A stretch of DNA of 64,000 nt from positions 140,864,001 through 140,928,000 of the forward strand of contig NC_043000.1 of assembly GCF_006345805.1 (NCBI RefSeq), written 5' to 3'. Every line of letters starts with the position of its first letter. Position 1 is the stretch's first letter. The DNA comes from Octopus sinensis (lineage: Eukaryota). Below the pieces are notes generated by a model, which was given only the letters and a program-made list of their open reading frames with translations, was not told the DNA's origin and ran no database searches. Positions 51,395 to 63,691 of the stretch are shown here, in pieces. The position numbers were made by a program, and so were the translations under genes.

Positions 51395-51645
51395 ATCTAT
51401 TTCTTTATTACCCACAAGGGGCTAAACATAGAGGGGACAAACAAGGACAGACAAACGGATTAAGTCGATTACATCGACCCCAGTACGTAACAGGTACTTA
51501 ATTTATCGACCCCAAAAGGATGAAAGGCAAAGTCGACCTCAGCAGAATTTGAACTCAGAACGTAATGGCAGACGAAATGCTGTTAAGCATTTCGCCCAGC
51601 GTGCTAACGTTTCTGCCAGCCTGCCGCCTTTTTGCCAGCTCGCCG
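51395..51645 (-). mobile_element. SINE family B
   Basis: ctatttctttattacccacaaggggctaaac...gtttctgccagc. Confidence 0.88.
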
Positions 51646-52059
51646 TAGGTTCCCATGATCGTTTGGTAACAGGCATCATAATAGTCGTTCTTGCTTTTAA
51701 CCTGCTGTCATTCAAACATGTTATAATTGTTATGCTCGTTGTCTTTACTGGGAGGTGGGTGAGAGTAAGGAAGCATTGTATATGAAAGTGTTTGAGATGT
51801 TGTAAATATAAGTGTTATGAGCATTTTTGGTTTAAGCATCACTGATGCTGCAATGTAAAAAAAAGAAAAGTGAGAGAAAGGTAGTGAGGGTAAGAGGGCT
51901 GCTATCTGGTTTAGTTAGCCCATAGATGGTGGGGGAGAAAGGAAAGGGTGGTGGGATTAACAATATAAGAGGAGGAGGGGAAGGGCAACTGGATATCCGG
52001 TAAGAGAAACGAGATTTCTGGTATTGGTGGTGGGGGTGGTAAAGCGTACCCCCACATGA

Positions 52060-52594
52060 AAAATATCCAGGCTAGTCAAGTCTGGTGAACCTGAAGGCAA
52101 TTCAAAGTAGACCTCACACATGGTTCCAGCAAGATGGGGAAACTGCTCATACCACAAGAGAAACAATGCAGTTGTTATGGCAGTGCTTTGGAGAGAGAAT
52201 AATCTTCAAGTACGGCAATGCCAACTGGCTTTCACATTTCCCAGACTTAAATAGCCCAGATATTTTCTTGTGGGGATACCATCAACAAACCAAAGACCAT
52301 GAGGAAACTGAAGGAGAACATCAATAGAGAAATCAAAGAAGTAAAGTCTGAAAGTCTTGAGGGTGTTATGGTGCAAGTTTTGGAAAAAGCAAGGACATGC
52401 AAAGCCAAAAATGGCTGCAACTTACATGATGTCATTTTTCATATTTGATGTAGTGGTGTTGCAAGATTTGATTTATGTATATTAATTTCCGCTATGTCCT
52501 TATTATTTTATCAAAATTTCATGAATTTATTTGTGAACTTAAGGAAGTTATTAAAAACTAAAACCCATCAGGGGCTTTTGGGACACCCTGAATA
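52060..52594 (+). pseudogene. Tc1/mariner-superfamily (rosa-like) transposase C-terminal remnant with 3' TIR
   Basis: WFQQDGETAHTTRETM...W.SHFPDLNSPDIFLWGY; end ttttgggacaccctgaata. Confidence 0.82.
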
Positions 52595-52599
52595 CATGC

Positions 52600-52709
52600 A
52601 TGCATAAATATACACACAAATGCATACATAAATATATATACACACACACACACACACACATGTATAAATATACACACACACACACATGTATAAATAAACA
52701 CACACACAC

Positions 52710-52792
<83 letters not shown>

Positions 52793-52795
52793 CGT
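52600..52795. repeat. Compound (CA)n/(TA)n microsatellite
   Basis: Source of four overlapping spurious ORFs. Confidence 0.95.
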
Positions 52796-53699
52796 GCATG
52801 CACATATTTTCTGAGTGGGGACTAGTGAAAATGCAAAATGCATTGTGCACTGCTCAATCTTGCCAATGGTGAGTACTCACAGCCAGTCACAGACCTACAT
52901 AAGATTTATCACCATTGATATATAGGAAAACAGTGAATAAACATTCAGTGGTATGGCAAATAGTCATCTGGCTGAATAAAAATGTTATATGCTGGAGAAA
53001 CTGTGTTTGATTAAAATTGCCATCCATGTATCCTACTTAATGTAAATACATCAGTGAAAGGCAAATTAACAGTGATATTTGTCCAGAAACAACATATCTT
53101 ATTGAAATTCTGCTCTCTCTAATTAAGCTTACTTCTAAGCAATATAGAAAGACCTGAATGTTAAGTGATTTTTGAGTTGTTTTTTTTTTGTGGTGTTTAG
53201 AATTTGTATAAAAATTAATATATATTTCTAAATAGAATAATAATAATTTCCAGATGCGTTTTTTTTTTAATATTCTGTAAAACGATTCTTTGATACAATC
53301 ATTTTAATTAGCGCTTTTTTGGTATCTTGTGCCAATGTATTGAATAAATATACTAATTGATAGCTTTCAGTTTTACAAATACTCTCCATTCAACCATACA
53401 TCATTTAGATGTGTGTGGCTCCTCCTGGAAGTTTGGGGAATATATATATATTTTGTTATTTGGTTCTTTCTCTCGTGATTTGAACATTCCAATGCTAGTA
53501 TAGAAAAAGTCAAACTGGTCAATATAAATCAATGTTTATTTAACTTCTTTGTTGATTTCCATAACAAATTACGTATTTGGAATAGAATGTGATTAAGGAT
53601 CCAGCTGACAGTTTGATGTAAATATATGTTTTGTATTAGTTGGAAATAATACATTTTAAATAGGCCTTGTAATATTGTTTGCATGTATTTTTGTCAGTG

Positions 53700-53972
53700 C
53701 TACCTCAATGACATTCATGCCAGTGGCATGTAAAAAACACTATCCAAGCATGCCAGTGCCACCTGACAGCTTCCCATGCCAGTGGCATGTAAAAAGCATT
53801 ACACTCTTGGAGTGGTTGGCATTAGGAAGGTCATTCAGCAGTAGAAACCTTGCCAAATCAGATTGGAGCCTGGTGCAGCCTTCTGATTTGCCAGTTCTCC
53901 ATCAAACCATCCAACCCATGACATCATGGAAAGCAGACGTTAAACAGCGATGACGACAATGATGATGATGAT
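53700..53972 (+). mobile_element. Repeat family E
   Basis: gccagtggcatgtaaaa units; tail gttaaacagcgatgacgacaatgatgatgatga. Confidence 0.8.
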
Positions 53973-54334
53973 TATCTGTATATATCAGATCCTGCTTTCT
54001 TCAGAAAGGCAATGCATATTGTAGTCATGGATACAATATATGTGACAAAATATGGTTATGTCACAAATGAAATGCTATTTGTCATTAGTTGATTAGATTC
54101 AATTGAGACATACCTATGGCTAATTAGCAACAGCTCAAGAAAGATAGTAACATTAAGGTCTTTAATAAGGAGGCAAACTATTTCTACATTCTGAGTTCAA
54201 ATTCTGTCATGGTTTGACTTTGTCTTTCATCCTTTCATAGTTGATTAGGGTAATATTTAAAAAGCTTGTTAACTTGAAATGTTCTTTTGTTCAAACTATA
54301 TGCATTTCAAAATTATTTAACTGTCAACACCTTT

Positions 54335-54693
54335 TTTATTTATTTATTTATTTATCTAGTTTCAGCTCACAAGCTGTGGCCATGCTGGGGCACTGCCATT
54401 TGGTGTTGCTACATGATTTTACTTCATGAATGCCTTTTAGAAATTGCCATTTGGTGCATGAGAGAGTTCGATGCAGCTGTCCTCATCTGCACCTCCTGCC
54501 GTGAAGTTGGTTCATCTGGGAATCCTGACAAGAAGAGATCCAGTTTCATTTTAAAGACATCTGCATCCACCCCATGCAGGTCTCTTAGGTTCTTCGGGAG
54601 GATATTGAAGAGCTATAGGCCTCAGAAGCCCAGGCTATCACAGTATCTTGTCCTACATCTTGATGGCAAATTTGGAGTCCTTGGCACTATGCA
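54335..54693 (-). mobile_element. 5'-truncated CR1-type LINE insertion, left arm only
   Basis: Minus frame RTRYCDSLGF..LFNILPKNLRDLHGVDADVFKMKLDLFLSGFPDEPT, (TAAA)n tail; right arm reads gtcaataccttttgataatt with no insert. Confidence 0.8.
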
Positions 54694-55429
54694 CTTTTGA
54701 TAATTTTTGGTAAATATTTTTTGTTTATTACTTATCTACTTTGGCTGAATATTCCTTTTGCACATATGCACACATGCATGCATGCACGTGCACACACACA
54801 CACATTGTTTCTCTTTCTCCCTACTAAGACTATTCCCATCTAACTTTAGTGCTTTCTAAATTTGCTAATTATAAAACAATTTTCATTCTGTTATTATCCA
54901 ATGGTAAATTTTCTGTTTATTTACGTAGGTAGTGTTGGTCTACTATTAGTATCTTACTATTTTCTAACAATTCCTCTCTCTCTCTATCTCTTTCTCACTC
55001 TCCCCCTTCCTCTCCCTCTCTCTACACACATATCCATGCACACACACACACACAAAACAGGTTCCATCTATCAAATTCCATTCAACAGTTATTAATCAAA
55101 CTGAGTTTATACTAGAAGACACTTCTCCCATATAACTTGCAGTTGTTTTGAAGATTGGACAGCAATTCCACTAAGCTATCACAAAACACCTTGGAGTATT
55201 TAGCAAGAACCAAACTCTAAAACAAGAGTATTATGTACCAGCAAGTCAGTGTCAATCAACAAGAAATACCAACCAAATCCGCTTCACAAGTCATTTGCTA
55301 CCATTTAAAAAAATTACCGTTGAGTAAAAACATATGTAAAAGAGCATAGCCTCACTCAAAAACTAGGGAGCTCCATCCAATTAAGCCACTCCCTTTTTTT
55401 GAGTAGAACAGACCAGAATTACTTGAGGG

Positions 55430-55667
55430 CTGGTGGCGAGCTGGCAGAATCGTTAGCACACCAGGCAAAATGCTTAGCGGTATTTCATCTGCCGTTACGT
55501 TCTGAGTTCAAGTTATGCCGGGGTCGACTTTGCCTTTCATCCTTTCAGGGTCGATAAATTAAGTACCAGTTATGCACCGGGGTCAATGTAATCGACTTAA
55601 TCCCTTTGTCTGGTCCTTGTTTGTCCCCTCTAAGTTTAGCCCCTTGTGGGCAATAAAGAAATAAGAA
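55430..55667 (+). mobile_element. SINE family B present in both arms (partner 62050-62468 minus, which has an extra tandem body)
   Basis: Shared diagnostic variants such as tatgccggggtcgac and gtctggtccttg in both arms. Confidence 0.88.
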
Positions 55668-56986
55668 TTACTTGACAGCATCAACAACTTAAAGAAATTT
55701 TGAATGATAAAATCGCTCAGAATTATACCAGTTAACTGTCACTCCAATTCTGGATTTTACCAAACATGTCCATGGTCAACATAACAAGCATCACAATGTT
55801 AGTAACACAGATCACAAAATTTTAGAGTCTTGCCTTGTTTGATATCTTGATAGAAAGTTAAACATTTCTATTTTGGTAGAAATTTCTAGTTTGTATTTGC
55901 AATCAGTTTGCAAAATATGAAACAAGATTTTTGATTGGCTGACAGATAACCAGGAATTTTAGGTGTGATGGATATATAAGAATAGCCATCAATAGGAACC
56001 TTTATGAAAGACCATGAAATATTCAAATAGTTCGCTTTGCTGCAGGTAGTTGTCTCTATTGGGAACAAATGATTTATTCTTTCAAGTGAAAGTCTACATA
56101 AGAAATGTGACACAATATGGTGATGTGATATACATACTAAATGGGTGAAATAGCTTTGAAAAAAGCTTTCAACATCTGTAGAATACATGATGCTAACAAG
56201 CATAAAATTTAGAACACAACTCATCTGAGTGAGACAGTGACATTAATAGCATTTGCAGAAATGTGCATGAGGTGAAAAAATTGATATGATCATAGATGCT
56301 GAGAATGGTAAGTGCATCAAATGTGTCATGTGGTTCGACAGAGAGTACTTAGAGAAAAGTATCAGTGGGTGAAACACAAGGATAACTGCTGCCTGTTGGA
56401 TATATGGGTGTTGGGCTCGTAGACAGGATGACAAAATACTGCAATATTTGTCAATGTACTCTAAGTCAGACATATCCAGTCCATACTTGTCAATTGATTA
56501 TGAGGATGGGCATACATCATGTTCACAAGATAAACTGATAGTGCCTCAGATGGCACCTTTTCTTCCCTCCCCAGTGATGAACAGAGTCTGTTTCCTTCTG
56601 AGATGAGACATGGGAAACCTCGGTAAAGAATTATTACACAAATAGCCACACATACTTCACACACTCATGAACATTTGTATACATGTTTGTGCATGCATAT
56701 AAATGTGGAAATGTTATAAACTTCTTAATATGTGTATTTGGGTAATTGAATTTATCCACATGAGCACGCACACAAACACACATGCATTCACACACACGTA
56801 CCCACACCCACATACACAGTCATATATATATAACTTTAAAAAATTATTTATATATACACATGCTGATATATGACCTACGTTGGAGTCCTTATTTGCATAA
56901 TCACCGAACCTGGAGCTTAACTCTGGTTTGTCCATAGCACTTACTCAGCATAACCTGACACCTTTGGGTCTTATTGACATCATTAC

Positions 56987-57019
<33 letters not shown>

Positions 57020-60000
57020 AATTAGAGATAAAACCACTATTAGTCAAATCAAACAATGAAAAACATAAAAATAAACATAATATAATATACAAAATATATA
57101 AAATTTAAAATATAAATTATATTTAAAATTTTTAATTTATATTAATAATTTTATATTTTTTAAATATTTTAAAAATTAATAAATTAATAAATTAATATAT
57201 TTTTATATTTTCAAAATTATTTTTTTAATAAATATATATAACTATCAAAAAGTTTAATATAAGATAATAAGTAAAACCACTATGTACATTTCATGGCCAT
57301 AACCTAATTGGACCTACAATAATTTAAATTCAATTAGAAATTCGAATTATAGTTAAAGTCAATCTTCAGGTTAATGATAATAGTTAAATAAATAAGCAAA
57401 TATATTTAAACAATATTTTTTAAGAAATAAATAAAATTATATATATATTTTTTTAAAAACTCTATTATCAAACTAGAAACTTTAACGAATAGGATTATGT
57501 CATACAATCCAATTATAATATTAAATATTAATTTTCAAGGTAAAAATAGATAGAAAATGTATTTATCTATTCAGATATAATATGGCTTTAAAAAACATAA
57601 TAAACTCACAAATAACCTAATCTCAATTATAGTCAATATGTAATTACCTAATTTTTTAACAAAAAAATTATCAAAAAAATAATCACTATTCATATTATTA
57701 AATTTAGATTCAAATCTAATAATTATAAAATATTTGAATAATAACTAAATTATTATCAGTAAATATATATACGTATTATAAAAAACTAAATAAATTAACT
57801 ATTCCATTATTACTTACGAAATCTTTATATATATAAAACTGAGAATGTGTATCTGTCTGTCTGTTTCCCTAAGACTTGAGAACTACACAACCAATTCCAT
57901 TCAAATTTAACACATGCCTTACTTGGGGTCCATGTAGTTTCATGGGCAAAAAATGTTCAACTTTTTGCCTAGAGCCAGCCCATAGCAATATCATATCTTC
58001 TCCACTATTTCAGTATAACGTGTTAAAAGTGAAACAAAAAGGTTTCTCTATTTTATGTAAGATACTTTCACTTTAACAATAAAAATAATAATAACAATTG
58101 AATTATATGTAGTAAGTAATAATTAAAATCAAACTAAAGTATAATATAATCGTAACATAACAAAAGTAAAATTAGCAATTGGTATAAAATTGCATCAATG
58201 ACTTGAACTTGAATAAAAAAAATTAGCAGTGCAGAAATGGAATAGTTCAGATGGATAATAAAAAATTAAATTAAAGAAAAGACTATTGTCTATAAAGTAT
58301 ACAATGTAGAGAAAAAAGATTTGAACACCTGGAGGAAAGCACCTTCGAAAAGTGTCTTGGTGCGACTATGAAAGGTATCTAATCAGAGGCGGTAAATTCG
58401 CCACAATAGAAGCAAGGCTCGAGTCAACGGAGCGTGCAAGGGAGTACTCGACTCGAACTTGCAAAGTGGAAATATTTTATCTTTACCATTATATCTGGGA
58501 CGTAGGACGTCCCGGAAAAAAATTTTTAATGCCCCCCCCCCCCGAAGTAGAGGTAGGCTGGATTGTAGACACACTTCTATACAAGAGGAGGACAAGATAC
58601 AATTGATCGAAATTACAAGAGACGGGCTAACAATTCCAGGCTGTTATATATTTTGAGTATTGTTATCACTAGCGATATCAAGATAAAACTTTGTATTTTG
58701 TATTTTATGTGTAGATGTATATATATAGACGTACATGTAATATGTACACATATATATACACATATATACATGCACTAGCACTATGACTCGGCAACAAGGG
58801 GTCTTTAATGCTAGAATATTAAAAGATGAAAAAGCAAATTGTAAACGTATTACCTATCTTAAAAGAACCCTATAACTATTTAACGATCAATATATCTCGT
58901 TGGCTAATTAATAACTTACAAAAACCGTATAGTTATGATCTAATAATTAAATAATGAAATACATATCTTCAACAAGTAAATACTTATACAATCAAATTAT
59001 CAATCCGTAGTTATATTGTATCCAATAAATACCATATAACATAAACTATTAAAATATTAAAAAAGGTTTACTTATTTTTCAAAAATCGTGTCTTTAACTA
59101 AACTAATAATAAAACGAATGGAAAATACTTTAACTTTGAAAACTACGAATATGTTTTATCAATGAAAAATACTACTACAAATTATCAATTGAAAATAGCT
59201 ATATTTAAGCTATAAAACTTTAACAACTAAATCATTACGTGACAATCAGCATTTATATAGTATACAAAATAATAATACAATAAGACTTATAAAAGTATTT
59301 TTAAAATACAATAAGACTTATTAAAATATATTAAAAATCTTAATTAGAAATGTGAATAACGATTATTTAGTTATATTATTTGGTAATTAAATTTTTGGAC
59401 TATAACTGAGTAAAGGATATTTGTAAGATTATCATGTTTTTTAAGCCATATTATATATTCATAAATATCTCTACTAGTTGACTTTGGTCTTTTATAGCTT
59501 AAATATAGCTATTTTCAATTGATAATTTGTAGTAGTATTTTTCGTTGATAAAATATATTCGTAGTTTTCATAGTTAAATAATTTTCCATTTGTTTATTAT
59601 TAGTTTAGTTAATGAAACGATTTTTGAAAAATAAATAAACCTTTTTAATATTTTTATAGTTTATGTTTTATGGTATTTATTGAATACAATATAACTACGG
59701 ATTGATAATTTGATTGTATAAGTAATTACTTGTTGAAGATATGTACTTTATTATTTCATTATCAGATCATAGCTATACGGTTTTTGTAAGTTATTAATTA
59801 GGCAACGAGGTATATTGACCATTAAATAGTTATAGGGCTTTTTTAAGATAGGTTCTACGTTTACAATTTGCTTTTTCATCATTAATTTTTTAATATATTT
59901 CGTAAGTAATAATGGAATAATTAATTTATTTAGTTTTTTATAAAACATATATATTTATTGATAGAGATAATTTTAGAACTTAATATTATATTTATATATA

Positions 60001-60722
60001 TTTATTGATAATAATTTAGTAATTATTCAAATATTTTATAATTATTAGATTTGAACTTAAATTTAATAATATGAATAGTGATTATTTTTTGTTAAATAAT
60101 TAGGTAATTAGATATTGACTATAATTGAGATTAGGTTATTCGTGAGTTTATTATGTTTTTAAAGCCATATTTTATCTGAATAGATAAATACAATTTCTAT
60201 CTATTTTTACCTTAAAAATTAATATCTAACATTATATTTGGATTGTGTGACATAATCCTAATCGTTAAAGTTTGATAATAGAGTTTTTTATAAGAAAAAT
60301 TATTATTTTATTTATTTCTTAAAAAATATTGTTTAAATATATTTGCTTATTTATTTAACTATTATCATTAACCTGAAGATTGACTATAACTATAATTCGA
60401 ATTTTTAATTGAATTTAAATTATTGTAATTCGAATTAGGTTATGGCCATGAAACGTACGTAGTGGTTTTACTTATTATCTTATATTAAACATTTTGATAC
60501 ATTTTGATAGTTATATTTATTAAAAAAAATAATTTTAAAAATTTAAAATTATAAACATATATTAATTTATTAATTTAAAAAATATTTTAAAAATATAAAA
60601 ATTTATTAATATAAATTAAAAATTTTAAATTGAAATAATTTGAATTTTATATATTATATTAATTATGATTATCTTCATGCTTTTCATTATTTGATTAGAT
60701 TAATAGTGGTTTTATCTCTAAT
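57020..60722. mobile_element. Very AT-rich PLE-like element forming the palindrome core, bounded by (TA)n, with decayed outward-facing hammerheads (57277-57373 minus; 60369-60465 plus)
   Basis: Terminus aattagagataaaaccactattagtcaaatcaaacaa matches the 19485 element terminus. Right arm reads TAAC CTGAAGA TTGACTATAAC...GTTATGGCCAT GAAA CGTACG T A GTGG. Confidence 0.65.
57822..58814 (+). mobile_element. Non-autonomous Helitron-like insertion, left arm only
   Basis: 5' TCTTTATATATATAAAACTGAGAATGTGTATCTGTCTG, 3' ...TAATGCTAG; removing it restores tacttacgaaa|aatattaaaa, colinear with the right arm at 59885-59910. Confidence 0.8.
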
Positions 60723-62049
60723 TTATATATATATATAGACAGAGAGAGAGAGAGAGAGTAATGATGTCAATAAGACCCAAAGGTGTCAGGTTATGCTGAG
60801 TAAATGCTATGGACAGACCAGAGTTAAGCTCCAGGTTCGGTGATTATGCAAATAAGGACTCCAACATAAGTCATATATGAGCATGTGTATATATAAATAC
60901 TTTTTTAAAGTTATATATATATATGACTGTGTATGTGGGTGTGGGTACGTGTGTGTGAATGCATGTGTGTTTGTGTGTGTGCTCATGTGGATAAATTCAA
61001 TTACCCAAATACTCATATTAACAAGTTTATAACATTTTCACATTTATATGCATGCACAAACATGTATACAAATGTTCATGAGTGTGTGAAGTATGTGTTT
61101 CCCATGTCTCATCTCAGAAGGAAACAGACTCTGTTCATCAGTGGGGAGGGAAGAAAAGGTGTATCTGAGGCCCTATCAGTTTATCATGTGAACATGATGT
61201 ATGCCGATCTTCATAATCAGTTGACATGTATGGACTGGATATGTCTGACTTAGAGCACATTGACAAATATTGCTGTATTTTGTCATCCTGTCTACGAGCC
61301 CAACACTCATATATCCGACAGGCAGCAGTTCTGCTTGTGTTTCACTCACTGATACTTTTCTCTAAGTACTCTCTGTCGAACCACATGACACATTTGATGC
61401 ACTTACCATTCTCAGCATCTATGATCATATCAATTTTTTCACCTCATGCACATTTCTGCAAATGCTATTAATGTCACTGTCTCACTCAGATGAGTTGTGT
61501 TCTAAATTTTATGCTTGTTAGCATCATGTATTCTACAGATGTTGAAAGCTTTTTTCAAAACTATTTCACCCATTCAGTATGTATATCACATCACCATATT
61601 GTGTCACATTTCTTGTGTAGAATTTCACTTGAAAAGAAATTAACCATTTGTTCCCAATAGAGACAACCACCTGCAGCAAAGCGAACTATTTAAATATTTC
61701 ATGGTCTTTCATAAAGGTTCCTATTGTTGGCTATTCTTATATATCCATCACACCTAAAATTCCTGGATATCTTTCAGCCAATCAAAAATCTTGTTTCATA
61801 TTTTGCAAACTGACTGCAAATAGAAACTAAAAATTTCTACCAAAATAGAAATTTTTAACTTTCTATTAAGATATCAAACAAGGCAAGACTCTAAAATTTT
61901 GTGATCTGTGTTACTAAGATTGTGATGCTTGCTATGTTGACATTGGACATGTTTGGTAAATTCCACAATTGGAGTGTCAGTTAACTGGTAAAATTCTGAG
62001 CAATTTTATCACTCAAAATTTCTTTTAGTTGTTGATGATCTCAAGTAAT

Positions 62050-62468
62050 TCTTATTTCTTTATTGCCCACAAGGGGCTAAAGATAGAGGGGACAAACAAG
62101 GACCAGACAAAGGGATTAAGTCGATTACATCGACCCTAGTGTATAACTGGTACTTAATTTATCATTCTGAAAGGATGAAAGGCAAAGTCGACCCCGGCAT
62201 AATTTGAACTCAGAACGTAACGGCAGATGAAATTACCTATTTCTTTACTATCCACAAGGGGCTAAACACAGAGAGGACAATCAATGACAGACAAACTGAT
62301 TAAGTTGATTATATTGATCCCAGTGCGTAACTGATACTTATTTAATCGACCCCGAAAGGATGAAAGGCAAAGTTGACCTTGGCGGAATTTGAACTCAGAA
62401 CATAGCGGCAGACGAAATACTGCTAAGCCTTTCGCCCAGCATGCTAATGATTCTGCCAGCTCGCCACC
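62050..62468 (-). mobile_element. SINE family B with tandemly duplicated body, right arm
   Basis: Two successive ...cacaaggggctaaa...gaactcagaac bodies. Confidence 0.88.
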
Positions 62469-63152
62469 AACTCTCAAGTAATTCTGGTCGGCTCTGCTCA
62501 AAAACGGAATGGCTTAATTGGATGGAGCTCCCTAGGTTTTGAGTGAGGCTATGCTCTTTTACATAAATATGTTTTTATTCAACGGTAATTTTTTTTAAAT
62601 GGTAGCAAATGACTTGTGAAGCGGATTTGGTTGGTATTCTTGTAGGTCGGCACTGACCTGATGGTACATAATACTCTTGTTTTAGAGTTTGGTTCTTGTT
62701 AAATACTCCAAGGTGTTTTGTGATAGCTTAGTGGAATTGTTGCCCAATCTACTAAACTACTGCGAGGTACGTGGGAGAAATGTCTTCTACTATATACTCA
62801 GTTTGATTAATAACTACTGAATTGAATTTGATAGATGGAACCTGTTTTGTGTGTGTGTGCGTGGATATGTGTGTGGAGAGAGAGAGAGAAGGAAAGGGGA
62901 GATTGAGAAAGAAATAGAGAAAGGAATTGTGAGAAAATAGTAAGATGCTGAAAGTAGACAAAGATTACCTACATTAGTAAACAGAAAATTTACCATTGAA
63001 TAATAATAGAATGAAAATTGTTTTATAATTAGCAAATTTAGAAAGCACTACACTTAGATGGGAATAGTGTCAGTAGGGAGAAAGTGTGTGTGTGTGTGTG
63101 CACGCATATGTGTTCATGTGCATGTGTGTGAAAGGAATATTCGGCCAAAGTA

Positions 63153-63691
63153 TTGGGTTGTCTGGAAAGTTCATGCCAATTTATAGTAGCTTACCTTTCG
63201 ACTTATTTTAGAACATGGTTGAGTCCATAAAATAGGATTTGACTACACCTCCATTTAGAGCCCAGTATAAGCTATCTTTTCATGGAAGAAGGTTTATGTT
63301 CCTATAACCTGTGTTAATTCTGTAACCCTTTAAAATGGAAGATGCTTTGGGAACCAGACAAAAAATGATGCAACTCGACCGGGATGTGTTACCCCACCCT
63401 CCATATTCACCAGATATTGCTCTTCGGATTTTCACTTAGTCAGGTCTCTGTAGAATAGTCTTAATGGTAAAAATTTCAATTCCTTGGATGATGTAAAAAG
63501 ATACCATGATGAATTCTTTGCCATGAAACCACCTCAATTCTGGGAAGAGGGTATTTTCAAGTTAAAGGAAAGATGGAGACGCATTGTGCAACAAAATGGT
63601 TCATATTTGGTTGATTAAAACTGAAATGGCAAGTATTTATTGACTTTTTCTTTCCTTTAAAAATCAGCAGGAACTTTCCGGACAACCCAAT
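63153..63691 (+). mobile_element. Internally deleted mariner element with TIRs and TA target-site duplication, right arm only
   Basis: TA(63151-52) ttgggttgtctggaaagttc ... gaactttccggacaacccaa TA(63692-93); encodes LPHPPYSPDIA...FWEEGIFKLKERWRRIVQQNGSY; left arm has the empty site ccaaagTAgataag. Confidence 0.92.

Noticed and set aside
55886-56640. Duplicated ORFs in the palindrome arms (55886..56224, 56243..56473, 61226..61471, 61648..61830); faint likeness to Polinton PolB or an L1/Tx1 zinc knuckle
   Set aside because: Stops and frameshifts differ between arms and motif matches are too weak; left unclassified pending a TBLASTX/HMM search.
57020-60722. Possible mitochondrial insertion (NUMT) because of extreme AT content
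   Set aside because: No recognisable mitochondrial gene, rRNA or tRNA motif; its terminus and HHR match a nuclear repeat at 19.5 kb.
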